IMG/VR virus record: IMGVR_UViG_3300009370_000001
Source: a virus
Lineage: Duplodnaviria > Caudoviricetes
DNA: 64,000 nt
Strand: one strand, 5' to 3'
Shown: positions 19,757 to 29,982 of the stretch, in pieces
Layout: the number at the start of each line of letters is the position of its first letter
How positions within the stretch are numbered: position 1 is the stretch's first letter
Translations under genes and position numbers: made by a program
Notes under the pieces: generated by a model
Database searches by the model: none
Told to the model about the DNA's origin: nothing
What the model saw: only the letters and a program-made list of their open reading frames with translations

Positions 19757-22700
19757 ATTCGTGGGGCTTCACGCCCACAGTGTGGCAGGATCTATCTTTG
19801 ATGCAATCGGATACCCCGATGCTCATATGGATTTTGCTTTTGAGAACGGGAGCGATGCGTTAGCGCTCACGGACCATGGAAACATGAACGGACTAGCGGG
19901 ACAGGTTTTGCATGCCAAGAAGATGCAGGCAGAGGGCAAAGACTTTAAACCGATTTTCGGCGTCGAGGCTTACTTCATTCCTTCCATTGAAGAATGGCGA
20001 GAAGAATATGAAGCAGCCATGGCCGACAAGAAACGTGCTCGAAGCGCAAAGAAAGACGCAGCTTCGGGTGCAACAGTAGAAGACGAGACCGATAGCAAGA
20101 AGGTGCAAGGCTTATTGCGCCGACGTCGCCATCTCATTCTATTGGCTCAAAATCAAACCGGACTTAATAATCTCTTTAAGCTGGTTTCTGAAAGCTATAA
20201 GAGCGAGAACTTTTATCGGTATCCGCGCATGGACTACGCACTATTAGAGAAGTATGGTGAAGGCGTTATTGCTGCATCGGCTTGTCTCGGTGGAGTGTAT
20301 GCCGGAAACTACTGGGAGAATGGTATTTATGATGAAGAGGGCAATCGCACCGGCGTAAACCGCGAAGGAGCGCTCGATGATATGCGCGAGACTACCCGTC
20401 GTATGCAAGCAGTCTTTGGAGATCGCTGGTATGGCGAGCTACAGTGGAACAACATTAAAGAACAGCATGAACTTAACCAGCTCATTATTCAGATTTCGGA
20501 AGAGTTTGATATGAAGCTGATTTCCACAGCCGACAGCCACTACCCGAACCAGACCGCATGGAAGGATAGGGAGTTATACAAGCGCCTAGGCTGGCTTGGA
20601 AAAGGAACTCCATCCTGGGGTGAGGGTGCGGAATTCCCCGAGGGTGTAGAAGAGATTGGATACGAACTGTATCCCAAGAATGGCGATCAAATGTGGGAGA
20701 GCTATCAGAACTATTGCAAGAGCAGCGGTTTTGAATATGATGATGCATTAGTGATGAACAGCATCACAGAAACCTACCACATCGCCCACGACCGCATTGA
20801 AAGCTTCTTTCCAGATACAACCGTGCGGCTTCCTGACTTTGTGGTGCCGGCTGGTACAACAGCCACCCAGGCTCTGGTCAACTATGCGCTTGAAGGCTTG
20901 CGTCTTAAGGGATTACAAAACAACAAAGAATATTTAGCGCGCCTGCGCCGCGAACTTGATGTCATTGATGACCGAGGCTTCTCCAAATATTTCTTGACGA
21001 TGAAAGCTATCGCTGATGAGGCCACCAAGCAGATGCTTGCTGGTCCTGGGCGAGGGTCAGCCGCTGGTTCGCTGGTTGCCTACGCACTCGGAATTACACA
21101 GGTCGATCCGATCAAGTATAACCTTCTGTTCTCGCGCTTTCTGCGTTCAGATGCAACCGACTATCCTGATATCGATTATGATGTATCGGACAGTATGGAA
21201 TTGAAAGAGAAGTTAGTTGAGATGTGGGGTGAAGATTGTGTAGCCCCGATCTCCAACTGGAACACTTTGCAGTTGAGATCTCTTATCAAAGACATCTCAA
21301 AGCTTTATGGTATCCCCTTTACAGAGGTTAACAATGTCACTAGTGTGATGATGAGAGAGGCCACACCCGAGGCCAAGAAGAAGCATGGCATCAAAGCCGG
21401 CATCTATGCGCCCACCTGGGAAGAGGTGATGGAGTTTTCCGTCACGCTCCAAGCCTTTCTCCAGAAGTATCCGGAGGTCAAAGCTCGTGTTGAAGGTCTT
21501 GTGGGACAAGTACGCTCCTGCTCTCGACATGCAGGTGGTGTTGTCATCGCTGAAGATCTCGACCGTCACATGCCATTGATTAACTCTGGTGGTGTCCGTC
21601 AATCTCCCTGGAGTGAGGGGCAGAACGTGCGGCATCTAGAACCGATGGGATTCATTAAATTTGATTTGCTCGGACTCTCGACATTAAAGATGATGGAAGG
21701 GTGCATCGAACATATCTTGCGGCGCCATCATGGTGTTGAGGAGCCGACTTTCGATGATATTTTAGACTATTATAATAAGACCATCCATCCCGATGTGATT
21801 GACTTTGATGATCTTGAGGTATATAAGAATATCTTTCACCAAGGCAAGTGGGCAGGCGTCTTTCAGTTCACCGAGCAAGGAGCGCAGAGTTTCTGTACGA
21901 GAGTAAAGCCAACCAACATCATTGATGTTTCGGCTATTACTTCTATCTTTCGTCCAGGTCCGCTGTCGGCTGGTGTTGACGTTGATTACGTTGAAGCCAA
22001 GAACCACCCACAGTATGTATCGTATCTCTCTGATGAGGCTCAAGAAATTACTGAAGAAACTTTTGGCTTTCTTATCTTTCAAGAACAGATTGCGTTGCTA
22101 GCTCATAAATTAGGTGGACTTACTCTTGACGAAGGCAATATGCTGCGCAAGGTGCTGACCAAGAAGGGCACCGGCAAGAACAGTGTCAAGGCTAAGCTGC
22201 ACACCAAGTTTATCAAGGGATGCGCGGCCAAGAAAATTCACCGAGACAAGGCTGAAGATCTCTGGAACAAGTTTGAGTATTTCTCTGGCTATGGTTTCAA
22301 CAAGTCGCACGCAGTTAGTTATAGCATTATCTCTTATCAGTGTGCGTGGCTGTGGAATTATTATCCTTCTGAGTGGATGGCTGCGTTCTTGGACAAAGAG
22401 CCTGAGACCAGAAAAGAAAAGGCAATCAACATCGCCAAGAAATATGGTTTTAAGATTGCACCACTGGATATCAACAAGTCCGGCACAGTATGGGAGATCA
22501 GTGACGATGGTAAGACTCTTATTCAGCCTCTGACTTCTATCAAGGGTCTAGGCATGGCCGCCATCGAACAGATTCTTGACCATCGACCCTTTAAGAACGC
22601 GGAAGATCTCTTGTTCCGAGAAGGTATATCATACAGCAAATTCAACAAGAAAGCTTTGGATGCGCTAGCACGAGGTGGAGCTTTAGATGATATTATCGAT

Positions 22701-23186
22701 GATAGATTCACAGGACGCAAGCATTTTTGGTCTGCATGTGTGGTAGAGCGCCCCAAGAACCTGAAGAAGCTGCTAGAGAACATCGAAACCTATCGACCCG
22801 AAGGCGATTTCAGCGAAGAGGAGATCATTCAGTTTAAAACAGAGCTTACGGGAGTGTTCCCCATTAACCTTGTGATTAAAGCGGAGACAGTCGAGAAGCT
22901 CCAAGAAAAGTTTATCCCACCAATCTCCGAGTTTGATACAGCTTTAGAAGTGTGTTGGTTTATTCCACGCAAAATCATTCCTAAGAAAACAAAAAATGGA
23001 AAACTTTATTGGATTGTGGAAACAATTGATTCGAATAATGAACTCACAAAGATCCGGTGTTGGGGCGTAAAACCCGAGAAAGATACTATCTTTTTGAACA
23101 GACCGTATATGGCCAAATTGCGCTATGATGAACAATGGGGATTTTCTACTTACGCAATTGGGAAGACTTTCAGATTGTTGGGCTAG
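19746..23186 (+). CDS. dnaE: DNA polymerase III alpha subunit with PHP domain
   Basis: GLHAHS, ALTDHG, GVEAY, TADSHY (PHP); GPGRGSAAGS, YPDIDYD, IKFDLLGL, YGFNKSHA; C-terminal OB fold. Confidence 0.95.
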   Translation: MTIKFVGLHAHSVAGSIFDAIGYPDAHMDFAFENGSDALALTDHGNMNGLAGQVLHAKKMQAEGKDFKPIFGVEAYFIPSIEEWREEYEAAMADKKRARSAKKDAASGATVEDETDSKKVQGLLRRRRHLILLAQNQTGLNNLFKLVSESYKSENFYRYPRMDYALLEKYGEGVIAASACLGGVYAGNYWENGIYDEEGNRTGVNREGALDDMRETTRRMQAVFGDRWYGELQWNNIKEQHELNQLIIQISEEFDMKLISTADSHYPNQTAWKDRELYKRLGWLGKGTPSWGEGAEFPEGVEEIGYELYPKNGDQMWESYQNYCKSSGFEYDDALVMNSITETYHIAHDRIESFFPDTTVRLPDFVVPAGTTATQALVNYALEGLRLKGLQNNKEYLARLRRELDVIDDRGFSKYFLTMKAIADEATKQMLAGPGRGSAAGSLVAYALGITQVDPIKYNLLFSRFLRSDATDYPDIDYDVSDSMELKEKLVEMWGEDCVAPISNWNTLQLRSLIKDISKLYGIPFTEVNNVTSVMMREATPEAKKKHGIKAGIYAPTWEEVMEFSVTLQAFLQKYPEVKARVEGLVGQVRSCSRHAGGVVIAEDLDRHMPLINSGGVRQSPWSEGQNVRHLEPMGFIKFDLLGLSTLKMMEGCIEHILRRHHGVEEPTFDDILDYYNKTIHPDVIDFDDLEVYKNIFHQGKWAGVFQFTEQGAQSFCTRVKPTNIIDVSAITSIFRPGPLSAGVDVDYVEAKNHPQYVSYLSDEAQEITEETFGFLIFQEQIALLAHKLGGLTLDEGNMLRKVLTKKGTGKNSVKAKLHTKFIKGCAAKKIHRDKAEDLWNKFEYFSGYGFNKSHAVSYSIISYQCAWLWNYYPSEWMAAFLDKEPETRKEKAINIAKKYGFKIAPLDINKSGTVWEISDDGKTLIQPLTSIKGLGMAAIEQILDHRPFKNAEDLLFREGISYSKFNKKALDALARGGALDDIIDDRFTGRKHFWSACVVERPKNLKKLLENIETYRPEGDFSEEEIIQFKTELTGVFPINLVIKAETVEKLQEKFIPPISEFDTALEVCWFIPRKIIPKKTKNGKLYWIVETIDSNNELTKIRCWGVKPEKDTIFLNRPYMAKLRYDEQWGFSTYAIGKTFRLLG

Positions 23187-23194
23187 TTAGTAAT

Positions 23195-23800
23195 ATGAAC
23201 GTCATCAAAAACTTCAGTCCTCTTCTTAAAGACAAAGAGTTTATTGAGGATTTGCCTGTTGTCATTCGCGTGAGAAAGTTTGACGAAGCCGCCGCCAAAG
23301 AATTTTCAGCGGCAGTATCTAAAGCTCAAAATACCGGACAACCCATATTGCCGGTCGTAATTGATAGTTATGGTGGACAAGTATACAGTTTGATGTCGAT
23401 GATTTCAGATATTAGTGCCTCTCGGATCCCGGTGGCTACGATTGTGCAGGGGAAAGCCATGTCGTGCGGAGCTATTCTCTTTAGCTTTGGTGCCCAAGGT
23501 CACCGCTATATGGACCCGGACGCAACAATAATGATTCATGATGTAAGCTCGATGAGTTGGGGCAAAGTAGAAGAGATTAAAGCTTCTGCTGAAGAAACCG
23601 AGAGATTAAATCAAAAGGTTTATAAGATGATGGCCATGAATTGTGGACATCACCAGGATTACTTTCTCGACATTATTCATGAAAAAGGCCATGCCGACTG
23701 GTTTCTAGAAGCAGACGAATGCCTCAAACATAATTTAACTAATCACACTCATGTGCCCGAATTAAGAATCGAAGCACGCGTCAAATTTAAATTTGAGTAG
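23195..23800 (+). CDS. clpP: ClpP-family serine protease
   Basis: IDSYGG, AMSCGA (Ser), IMIHD (His), ADWFLEADE (Asp). Confidence 0.9.
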   Translation: MNVIKNFSPLLKDKEFIEDLPVVIRVRKFDEAAAKEFSAAVSKAQNTGQPILPVVIDSYGGQVYSLMSMISDISASRIPVATIVQGKAMSCGAILFSFGAQGHRYMDPDATIMIHDVSSMSWGKVEEIKASAEETERLNQKVYKMMAMNCGHHQDYFLDIIHEKGHADWFLEADECLKHNLTNHTHVPELRIEARVKFKFE

Positions 23801-23826
23801 GAACACCCGACTACTTATAGACGGAG

Positions 23827-24531
23827 GTGCTTGATGTGTCCACTAGTCATGTCGAATGGAAGAGGCAGGTTAATACTTTACGCTTTTTATATCGAGAATT
23901 AGAATTAGTCGAAGAGATGATCGAGGAAGCAACCCCGGCTTTTTTACAATACTATCGGGATTTTTGCAAGAGACACCATATTACACCCGAGAATGGACCT
24001 CCCGGGACGGAGCCCGCTCCCGAAAATCCAGAAGAAATTATGGGCGCTCTCGCGCCTATATCCGGCTCTATGACACCTCCTAAAGAATATTTTAATGATG
24101 AATTTGGAAACTGGCACTTAAAAGAAACGCCCCAAAAGCCGGAAGAGGCTGAAGCGCACAAGGTGTTTACCAAGATTTTTAAAAAAATTGCTTACCATCT
24201 ACATCCTGATCGTGCACCACCCACTTTAAGTGCAGCAGAAGAAGAAAGACGCTTGAAAATGTTTAAAAAGACATTAGAAGCTTTAGAAAATAAACAATAT
24301 TTTCGACTGATGATTATCGCTGAAAAGTTCGATATCGAAACTCCAGAGCTAAACGAAGAACAGCAAAAGTGGCTCAAGCACGAAATTGTAACGGCGCGTG
24401 CCAGTCTTGGGAGCCTCCAAGGCACCTATAATTATCACTTTTCTCAATGTAAAACTGACGACCAAAAAGAACAACTAATGAAAAGCTTTGTCTCACAAAA
24501 TTTTGGCATTCAGGTAGAAAAAAACACTTGA
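23827..24531 (+). CDS. J-domain (DnaJ-like) protein
   Basis: FKKIAYHLHPDR (HPD motif) followed by a helix FKKTLEALEN. Confidence 0.7.
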   Translation: MLDVSTSHVEWKRQVNTLRFLYRELELVEEMIEEATPAFLQYYRDFCKRHHITPENGPPGTEPAPENPEEIMGALAPISGSMTPPKEYFNDEFGNWHLKETPQKPEEAEAHKVFTKIFKKIAYHLHPDRAPPTLSAAEEERRLKMFKKTLEALENKQYFRLMIIAEKFDIETPELNEEQQKWLKHEIVTARASLGSLQGTYNYHFSQCKTDDQKEQLMKSFVSQNFGIQVEKNT

Positions 24532-24556
24532 CGTACTCAATTGGATCTGTTATATT
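24528..24556 (+). promoter_or_regulatory. Sigma70-type promoter
   Basis: TTGACG-17-TATATT with TG extension; the -35 contains the upstream stop TGA. Confidence 0.7.
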
Positions 24557-24580
24557 ATATAAGTAACACAGGAGGTAAGT

Positions 24581-24838
24581 GTGGCCAATTCACACGAAGA
24601 GAAGAAGAGATATGTCAAGGAGTATATTCGCTCCCTGGCAGCAATTGAAGAGGCGATGGAACCCTACAAGGATCAACGCCGCGATCTGCGGGCAGAGTAC
24701 CGCGAGAACAGTTGGTTGAATACCGACGAGATTAGAGCAGCAGTAAAGGCATACCGTCTTTATAAAGGAAAGTTTAACATCGATGAAGTGGTGGAGAATT
24801 TTGAAATGATTAGTGGAGGGTCAAGAGCTAATGAATAA
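24581..24838 (+). CDS. Small helical protein, GapR / T4 DsbA-like dsDNA-binding candidate
   Basis: 85 aa; YIRSLAAIEEAMEPYKDQRRDLRAEY...IRAAVKAYRL has the DUF2312/GapR helix pattern. Confidence 0.4.
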   Translation: MANSHEEKKRYVKEYIRSLAAIEEAMEPYKDQRRDLRAEYRENSWLNTDEIRAAVKAYRLYKGKFNIDEVVENFEMISGGSRANE

Positions 24839-25316
24839 AACAGTACAAAAAGTAATGTTCTCTAGTAAAACAGGAGACTGGTCAACCCCTCAAGATTTTT
24901 TTGACAAACTAAATTGGAGATTTGGGCCTTTTGATTTGGACCCTTGCGCCACCCCCCACAATACAAAGTGCGCTAATTTCTATACCCCCACGGAGAACGG
25001 ACTGGAAAAGAGTTGGCAAGGACATACAGTGTTTGTTAACCCCCCTTATGGCCGTGGTATTGAAGCGTGGATTAAGAAGGGCTATGAAGAAGCGCAAGAC
25101 ACCGACACCAAAGTAGTAATGTTGATTCCTGCGCGCACCGATACAAAATATTGGCACGACTATGTAATGAAGGCAGAAATGGTCTTCTTCATTAAAGGGC
25201 GCCTTAAGTTTGGAGACAGTGAAAACAGCGCACCATTTCCTTCAGCGGTCGTAGTCTTTAGCAGGCGCCCTAAAGGATGGGGATGTACACCGGGAATGGG
25301 GGCGCTCACCCGATGA
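24831..25316 (+). CDS. Phage-type DNA N6-adenine methyltransferase
   Basis: WSTPQDFF, FDLDPCA, VFVNPPYGR, VMLIPARTDTKYWHDY, GRLKF. Confidence 0.9.
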   Translation: MNKTVQKVMFSSKTGDWSTPQDFFDKLNWRFGPFDLDPCATPHNTKCANFYTPTENGLEKSWQGHTVFVNPPYGRGIEAWIKKGYEEAQDTDTKVVMLIPARTDTKYWHDYVMKAEMVFFIKGRLKFGDSENSAPFPSAVVVFSRRPKGWGCTPGMGALTR

Positions 25317-25606
25317 ATAGAAAGCAGCGCCGCCGCAAGGAAAAGATGAAGAAAAAGTTATCTCCAGAAGAACAAAATCTTTCGGAAAAAATTTCTCTTT
25401 TCAATCAGCTTGCCGAAGAGTGTTTAGCTTGCACTAAGCCGTTTGACAAGCAGGATAAGGCTATGGTACAATCATGGAATGTCGTAGTGCGAGAAGACAA
25501 AGACCCACCCGTCCGTCTTTATTGTCCCGATTGTTGGGAGAGAGCCCAAACTATTGCTAAACAATATTTAGAAGAACACAAGGAGCAAGCAAATGAGAGT
25601 GACTAG
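25313..25606 (+). CDS. Hypothetical protein with two CxxC pairs
   Basis: CLAC...CPDC; ATGA overlap with the upstream MTase. Confidence 0.6.
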   Translation: MNRKQRRRKEKMKKKLSPEEQNLSEKISLFNQLAEECLACTKPFDKQDKAMVQSWNVVVREDKDPPVRLYCPDCWERAQTIAKQYLEEHKEQANESD

Positions 25607-25958
25607 GTTATCAAAGGGAGCACTTACTAATCTTTTACAGGGTAAAACTTCTGTCCCTACTACATGTGTGGTTAAGTTTTATTCGAATGGGTGTCATTAC
25701 TGCCACAAGCTTAAAGAGTATTACGAGAAAATCGCGGAAGAACATGGAGATTTGCATTTTTTTGCATTCAATATTCAAGATGCAACAGGCATTGAAAATG
25801 AATTGGGCTTCAAAGGAGTGCCGACTATAATTAAAGTTAACACCAATAGTGGCACGCCACAAATTGAGATTATTGATGAGCCTCATACTCCTAATGAGTA
25901 TACTTATTATACGTCTACGGACATTAAAAACTTTATCAACGGAGAACACCCAGAATGA
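25593..25958 (+). CDS. Thioredoxin-like protein
   Basis: VKFYSNGCHYCHKL and GVPTI cis-Pro motif. Confidence 0.8.
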   Translation: MRVTRLSKGALTNLLQGKTSVPTTCVVKFYSNGCHYCHKLKEYYEKIAEEHGDLHFFAFNIQDATGIENELGFKGVPTIIKVNTNSGTPQIEIIDEPHTPNEYTYYTSTDIKNFINGEHPE

Positions 25959-26383
25959 ATAAATCTATTTACCAAGCTTTATGGTACAACGTAGTAGCAG
26001 AAGCCTCAACAGTGGAGTCGGCCCTCGCCTATCGCATGCGCGCAGAAGAGATAAGCTCTGAAACAGTTCAAGAGTGCAAAGAAATGCTAATGCACTTAGT
26101 TAATTTAAAGGCGGCACGTCACGAAATAGAGACAACATATAAGCCTCAATACCTGGCACCGACGCCGCAAGAGGCAACCAAGGCGCAGACTGACGCTCAA
26201 TGGGAACAATTGATTACCAAGGTAAACAAAATTGAAGCACACCTCGACCCCCGCGCTTCCAAGCGTACAGATCCGCCGACTCACGACGAATTAATGGAGC
26301 GCTCCACTTCTTATCGAGAGAGTCAAGGCGCCATCGCTATGGGAACTGTAGTTGAGGCAAAAGAGGAATTTGATGAAGAATAA
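25955..26383 (+). CDS. Hypothetical protein
   Basis: 142-aa ORF in an operon, ATGA overlap. Confidence 0.6.
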   Translation: MNKSIYQALWYNVVAEASTVESALAYRMRAEEISSETVQECKEMLMHLVNLKAARHEIETTYKPQYLAPTPQEATKAQTDAQWEQLITKVNKIEAHLDPRASKRTDPPTHDELMERSTSYRESQGAIAMGTVVEAKEEFDEE

Positions 26384-27401
26384 AGAAGCGCTTTCCTATG
26401 ATGATGTATTGCTTAAACCGCAATATTCTGATATCACGTCACGAACCGAAATTGATTTAAGCAGCGATTTAAAAGACGGATTCATATTACGGACCCCTAT
26501 ATTGGGCGCGCCAATGGATACTATTTCGCAAGCTGCCATGGCGACAGCATTAGGAAGAGAGGGCGCTAGCGCCGTTATTCATCGCTATAACCCTATTGAA
26601 GCTCAAGCACGTTTTGTGCGAATGGCGCGCGACGTAGGAGGGGACATTAACGTTGGCGCCGCGGTAGGGGTAACTGGAGATTATCTTGAACGGGCAGCGA
26701 CAGTAGTAGAACACGGCGCCACCTATTTATGTGTGGACGTTGCACATGGCCACCATTGCTTAATGAAAGGCGCGCTGCATGCACTGAGAGAAAAATTTCC
26801 CGACTTGCATATTATGGCGGGCAACATCGCGACTCTTGAGGGGCTTAATGATTTAGCTGACTGGGGTGCGAGTTCTGTTCGATGTAACATTGGTGGGGGC
26901 TCTATCTGCTCCACGCGCATTCAAACCGGGCATGGCATGCCGGGTCTTCAAACCATTTTTGACTGCGCTCAAACCGACAGGGACGTGGCAATCATTGCCG
27001 ATGGAGGCATTCGCAACTCAGGCGATATTGTTAAAGCACTAGCCGCCGGAGCAGACGCAGTGATGTGTGGCTCTCTCTTAGCCGGCACCACGGAGGCCCC
27101 AGGCCAAGTATTGCGTGATTCCGATGGAAGCGTTTGGAAATCCTATCGAGGAATGGCCAGCAAAGAGGCCCAAACAGAATGGAAAGGAAAGTATGCATCC
27201 TTTGAGGGAGTCGCCACGCGTGTACCCTACCAAGGAAAAGTGGCCGATGTGCTAGCAGACTTAACACGAGGAATACGCTCCGGACTATCTTATAGTGGTG
27301 CAAGATCAATCGAAGAACTTCAGGCTAAAGCAGAGTTTATATTGCAGACTTCATCTGGAGTATCTGAAAGCGGTACTCATATTTTAACGAGGAAATGGTA
27401 A
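26373..27401 (+). CDS. guaB: IMP dehydrogenase / GMP reductase family (no CBS domains)
   Basis: [29 protein letters not shown] (catalytic Cys), [20 protein letters not shown]; cannot separate GuaB from GuaC by eye. Confidence 0.85.
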   Translation: MKNKEALSYDDVLLKPQYSDITSRTEIDLSSDLKDGFILRTPILGAPMDTISQAAMATALGREGASAVIHRYNPIEAQARFVRMARDVGGDINVGAAVGVTGDYLERAATVVEHGATYLCVDVAHGHHCLMKGALHALREKFPDLHIMAGNIATLEGLNDLADWGASSVRCNIGGGSICSTRIQTGHGMPGLQTIFDCAQTDRDVAIIADGGIRNSGDIVKALAAGADAVMCGSLLAGTTEAPGQVLRDSDGSVWKSYRGMASKEAQTEWKGKYASFEGVATRVPYQGKVADVLADLTRGIRSGLSYSGARSIEELQAKAEFILQTSSGVSESGTHILTRKW

Positions 27402-27520
27402 TGCCTAATATCTCAAAAGAAGAAGTTAAAGAAATAGCTTTGTCAATGGTGCGCCCTGTTTTCTGGCTCCTGGTTGGGGTCTTAGCATATGCAGGGCTCG
27501 TCCAATGGGTTGGAGGATAA
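27401..27520 (+). CDS. 39-aa single-pass membrane peptide (not in track)
   Basis: [39 protein letters not shown]; TAATG overlap; exactly fills the gap to the next gene. Confidence 0.55.
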   Translation: MPNISKEEVKEIALSMVRPVFWLLVGVLAYAGLVQWVGG

Positions 27521-27841
27521 ATGGCAATCGATTATGGCAATTTGACAAAGCGTGTGGTCTTCACAGAAAACGATCATCGTCACGCAAAGTTATTGTTGCG
27601 GCTGCAGCAAGACGGATTAACTCAAGCTGCATTCTTTCGTCACCTTATCACTGCCTATATCGAAGGCGACGAGCGCATCGTAGATTATATTGATAATGTA
27701 AAGAATCAATCTAAGGCGCGCAAGGTCAAAACTAAAAGGTTGCGAGAACAAGGAAAACAACTACTGACCGATGCCGGATTTTCCGACCAGCAATTGCACG
27801 ACCTTTTCGACATCATTGCTGAAGAGCATCCAGACCTATAA
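27521..27841 (+). CDS. Hypothetical protein
   Basis: 106 aa with RBS GGAGG; N-terminal strand-helix-helix pattern could be RHH-like. Confidence 0.6.
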   Translation: MAIDYGNLTKRVVFTENDHRHAKLLLRLQQDGLTQAAFFRHLITAYIEGDERIVDYIDNVKNQSKARKVKTKRLREQGKQLLTDAGFSDQQLHDLFDIIAEEHPDL

Positions 27842-27922
27842 AAAGTCGTTTTTTTGGACTTTATCTCAACACACAACTATTTATTTTTGAGTTAGCATAT
27901 ATATGCTCAAGGAGAAAACTAA

Positions 27923-28828
27923 ATGGCTCGTAAAAAACTGTTAACAGAAGGCGAGGTTAGGCAATTTATGAAGCTTGCTAACCTTGGACCTTTAAGTGAG
28001 AATTATTTCTCAAATAACCCTCTCGAAGAAGAGGAACTGGAAGATGAGTTAGAAGCTACCGAAGATGAACTCGGTGCTGAAGATCATTTTGCCGACGAAG
28101 AAGCTGACGAATTGGATGCTCTTGGTGACGAAGGCGGTGACGCAGATAATGAAGCGTTACTGGCTCGCGTTGTTCAAGCTGTAGCAGCTGAATTAGGAGT
28201 GGAAGTAGATGTTGAAGGCGCCGACGCTGAAGGGGGTGAAGAACTCGAAGTCGACGCAGAATTAGAAGAGCCCCTCCCCGGTGGCGATGAACTTGAAATG
28301 GGCGCGGAAGAGGAACTAGAACTTCCCGGTGGCCGTGACATGTATCAAGAAACGCAAGGCGCCGATGACCGCGAAGATGAGCACCTTGGAGCCGAAGACG
28401 GCGCCGAGAGCGGCAAGAAGCAAAGCGAGAAGGATCGCCGCAAGGAAATGCGTGGCGCCCGTCGAGCAGCCGGTGAGTCTGGAGACCCTGTAGCCACCCA
28501 AGAAGGCCAAGAAGTCGACGAGGCCATGGCTTCCGGAGGTTCCGGCGGTGCTTTCAAGAGCCAACGTGCGCAGAGTACACGACAACGCCATGGCGGCGGA
28601 CTTGGTCGCGACAAATGCTATGACGCCGATGGAAATCGTGTTGAATGTGACGGTTCTCAGGGTGAAGTTGCTAAGCGCCAAGCTGCAGAAGCGGTTGAAA
28701 TCGACCAAGATGCCATCGTGGCAGAGGTCGCCCGTCGAGTGGCAGAGCGCTTAAGCGCAGCTAAGAAGAATGAAGAGATGGCCGATCAGTTAGCTGAGCG
28801 TATCTTTCAACGCTTGACCGCAAAATAG
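27923..28828 (+). CDS. Very acidic probable capsid-internal/scaffold-like protein
   Basis: E/D-rich low complexity, N-terminal KLLTEG, several L-x-E sites; ACTATTTAT motif upstream. Confidence 0.45.
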   Translation: MARKKLLTEGEVRQFMKLANLGPLSENYFSNNPLEEEELEDELEATEDELGAEDHFADEEADELDALGDEGGDADNEALLARVVQAVAAELGVEVDVEGADAEGGEELEVDAELEEPLPGGDELEMGAEEELELPGGRDMYQETQGADDREDEHLGAEDGAESGKKQSEKDRRKEMRGARRAAGESGDPVATQEGQEVDEAMASGGSGGAFKSQRAQSTRQRHGGGLGRDKCYDADGNRVECDGSQGEVAKRQAAEAVEIDQDAIVAEVARRVAERLSAAKKNEEMADQLAERIFQRLTAK

Positions 28829-28831
28829 TAC

Positions 28832-28892
28832 TTGACAAAAACCTTACGAGCAGTTATATTAACCACTGAGACCACAAAAGGTTTTAGTGGTT
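28832..28892 (+). promoter_or_regulatory. Sigma70-type promoter followed by a hairpin
   Basis: TTGACA-17-TATATT (28832-28860); AACCACT (28861-67) pairs with AGTGGTT (28886-92). Confidence 0.7.
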
Positions 28893-28912
28893 AATTTACT
28901 TAGGAGCACTGT

Positions 28913-29320
28913 GTGGAATGGGCGCTGTTTACATTAATGTTTATCTTCGGGTATATTACTTGTAAGATATTCTATTTTATCAAAGCTACGCGCGCATCCG
29001 TGTTATTGTTGAAAGCGGCGCAGTTAGTATCGTTAGGTCTTCTTGCACGTGCAATGGAAGATTTTTATTACGCTAAAATCTATCGAATGGAAAAGATGAT
29101 CGAGTCCCAAGAGTCTGATCACAATATTAGCGCCTTCTCTTATCGGATGGAAGAAGAGCTAGCTGCCTATAAAAAGAAATCGGTTCAAGGACTTGTTGAG
29201 CTTCATCCCTCTTTTTTTAAAGAAATTGTAGAGTTTGATGATTGGGCGTCTGGAATGGAGTATCTTAAAAAGAATGAAGAAGTAGTTCGCGCATTTTTTA
29301 GTAGGAGAGAAGATGATTAA
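28913..29320 (+). CDS. Membrane-anchored hypothetical protein
   Basis: Hydrophobic N-terminus; RBS GGAG. Confidence 0.6.
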   Translation: MEWALFTLMFIFGYITCKIFYFIKATRASVLLLKAAQLVSLGLLARAMEDFYYAKIYRMEKMIESQESDHNISAFSYRMEEELAAYKKKSVQGLVELHPSFFKEIVEFDDWASGMEYLKKNEEVVRAFFSRREDD

Positions 29321-29969
29321 TCGTATTAAAGAAGCTATTGGAGCTTTTGTAACCGAAGAAGAAAAACCGGAAGAAGACGCAGCACGCATCGTAATTGTAG
29401 ATCCTGCCGCTTTGCAGGCTGCAGCCAAGGAAGATGAACCAGCGGCTCATTTGTTAGGGCTTTTCGCTGCCGTAGAAGAAGAAAAAATTGCAGAAGTAAT
29501 CCATGCTCTCTTGGTAGTAGTGGAAAATGAACACAAGAAAGAAAAAGAAGCCCGCATCCCTGTAGATTTTTATCTTTCTACTTATGGCGGATCCGCTGAC
29601 GATATGTTTGCCCTCTATGATATAATGCGGCTTGTACGTGATGACATCACTATTCGGACGGTAGGAGTAGGGAAGGTTATGTCCGCGGGAGTACTCCTTC
29701 TGGCGGCCGGCACAAAAGGACAACGAAGTATCGCTAAGAACTGTCGTATTATGATTCATTCCGTAATCGGAGGCAACCAAGGCGACCTTCATAATATGTT
29801 GAATGAGATGGAGGCTATTGAACAACTACAACAAATGTTCATAGATTGTTTAGTAACGGAAACAAAAATGACAAAAACTAGGTTGAAAAAAATGCTAGAT
29901 CGTAAAGTTAATGTCTATTTATCAGCAGAAGAAGCAGTCGAATTGGGTATTGCTGACGTCATTATTTAA
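29313..29969 (+). CDS. clpP: Second ClpP-family protein
   Basis: LSTYGGS, VMSAG (Ser), IMIHS (His), NVYLSAEEAVELGIAD; Asn at the usual Asp position. Confidence 0.85.
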   Translation: MINRIKEAIGAFVTEEEKPEEDAARIVIVDPAALQAAAKEDEPAAHLLGLFAAVEEEKIAEVIHALLVVVENEHKKEKEARIPVDFYLSTYGGSADDMFALYDIMRLVRDDITIRTVGVGKVMSAGVLLLAAGTKGQRSIAKNCRIMIHSVIGGNQGDLHNMLNEMEAIEQLQQMFIDCLVTETKMTKTRLKKMLDRKVNVYLSAEEAVELGIADVII

Positions 29970-29982
29970 GGAAACATACATT

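Noticed and set aside
14758-23186. Inteins or introns in nrdJ, dnaE, recA, dnaB
   Set aside because: Lengths and motif spacing are normal; no C/S...HN splice motifs or frame breaks seen.
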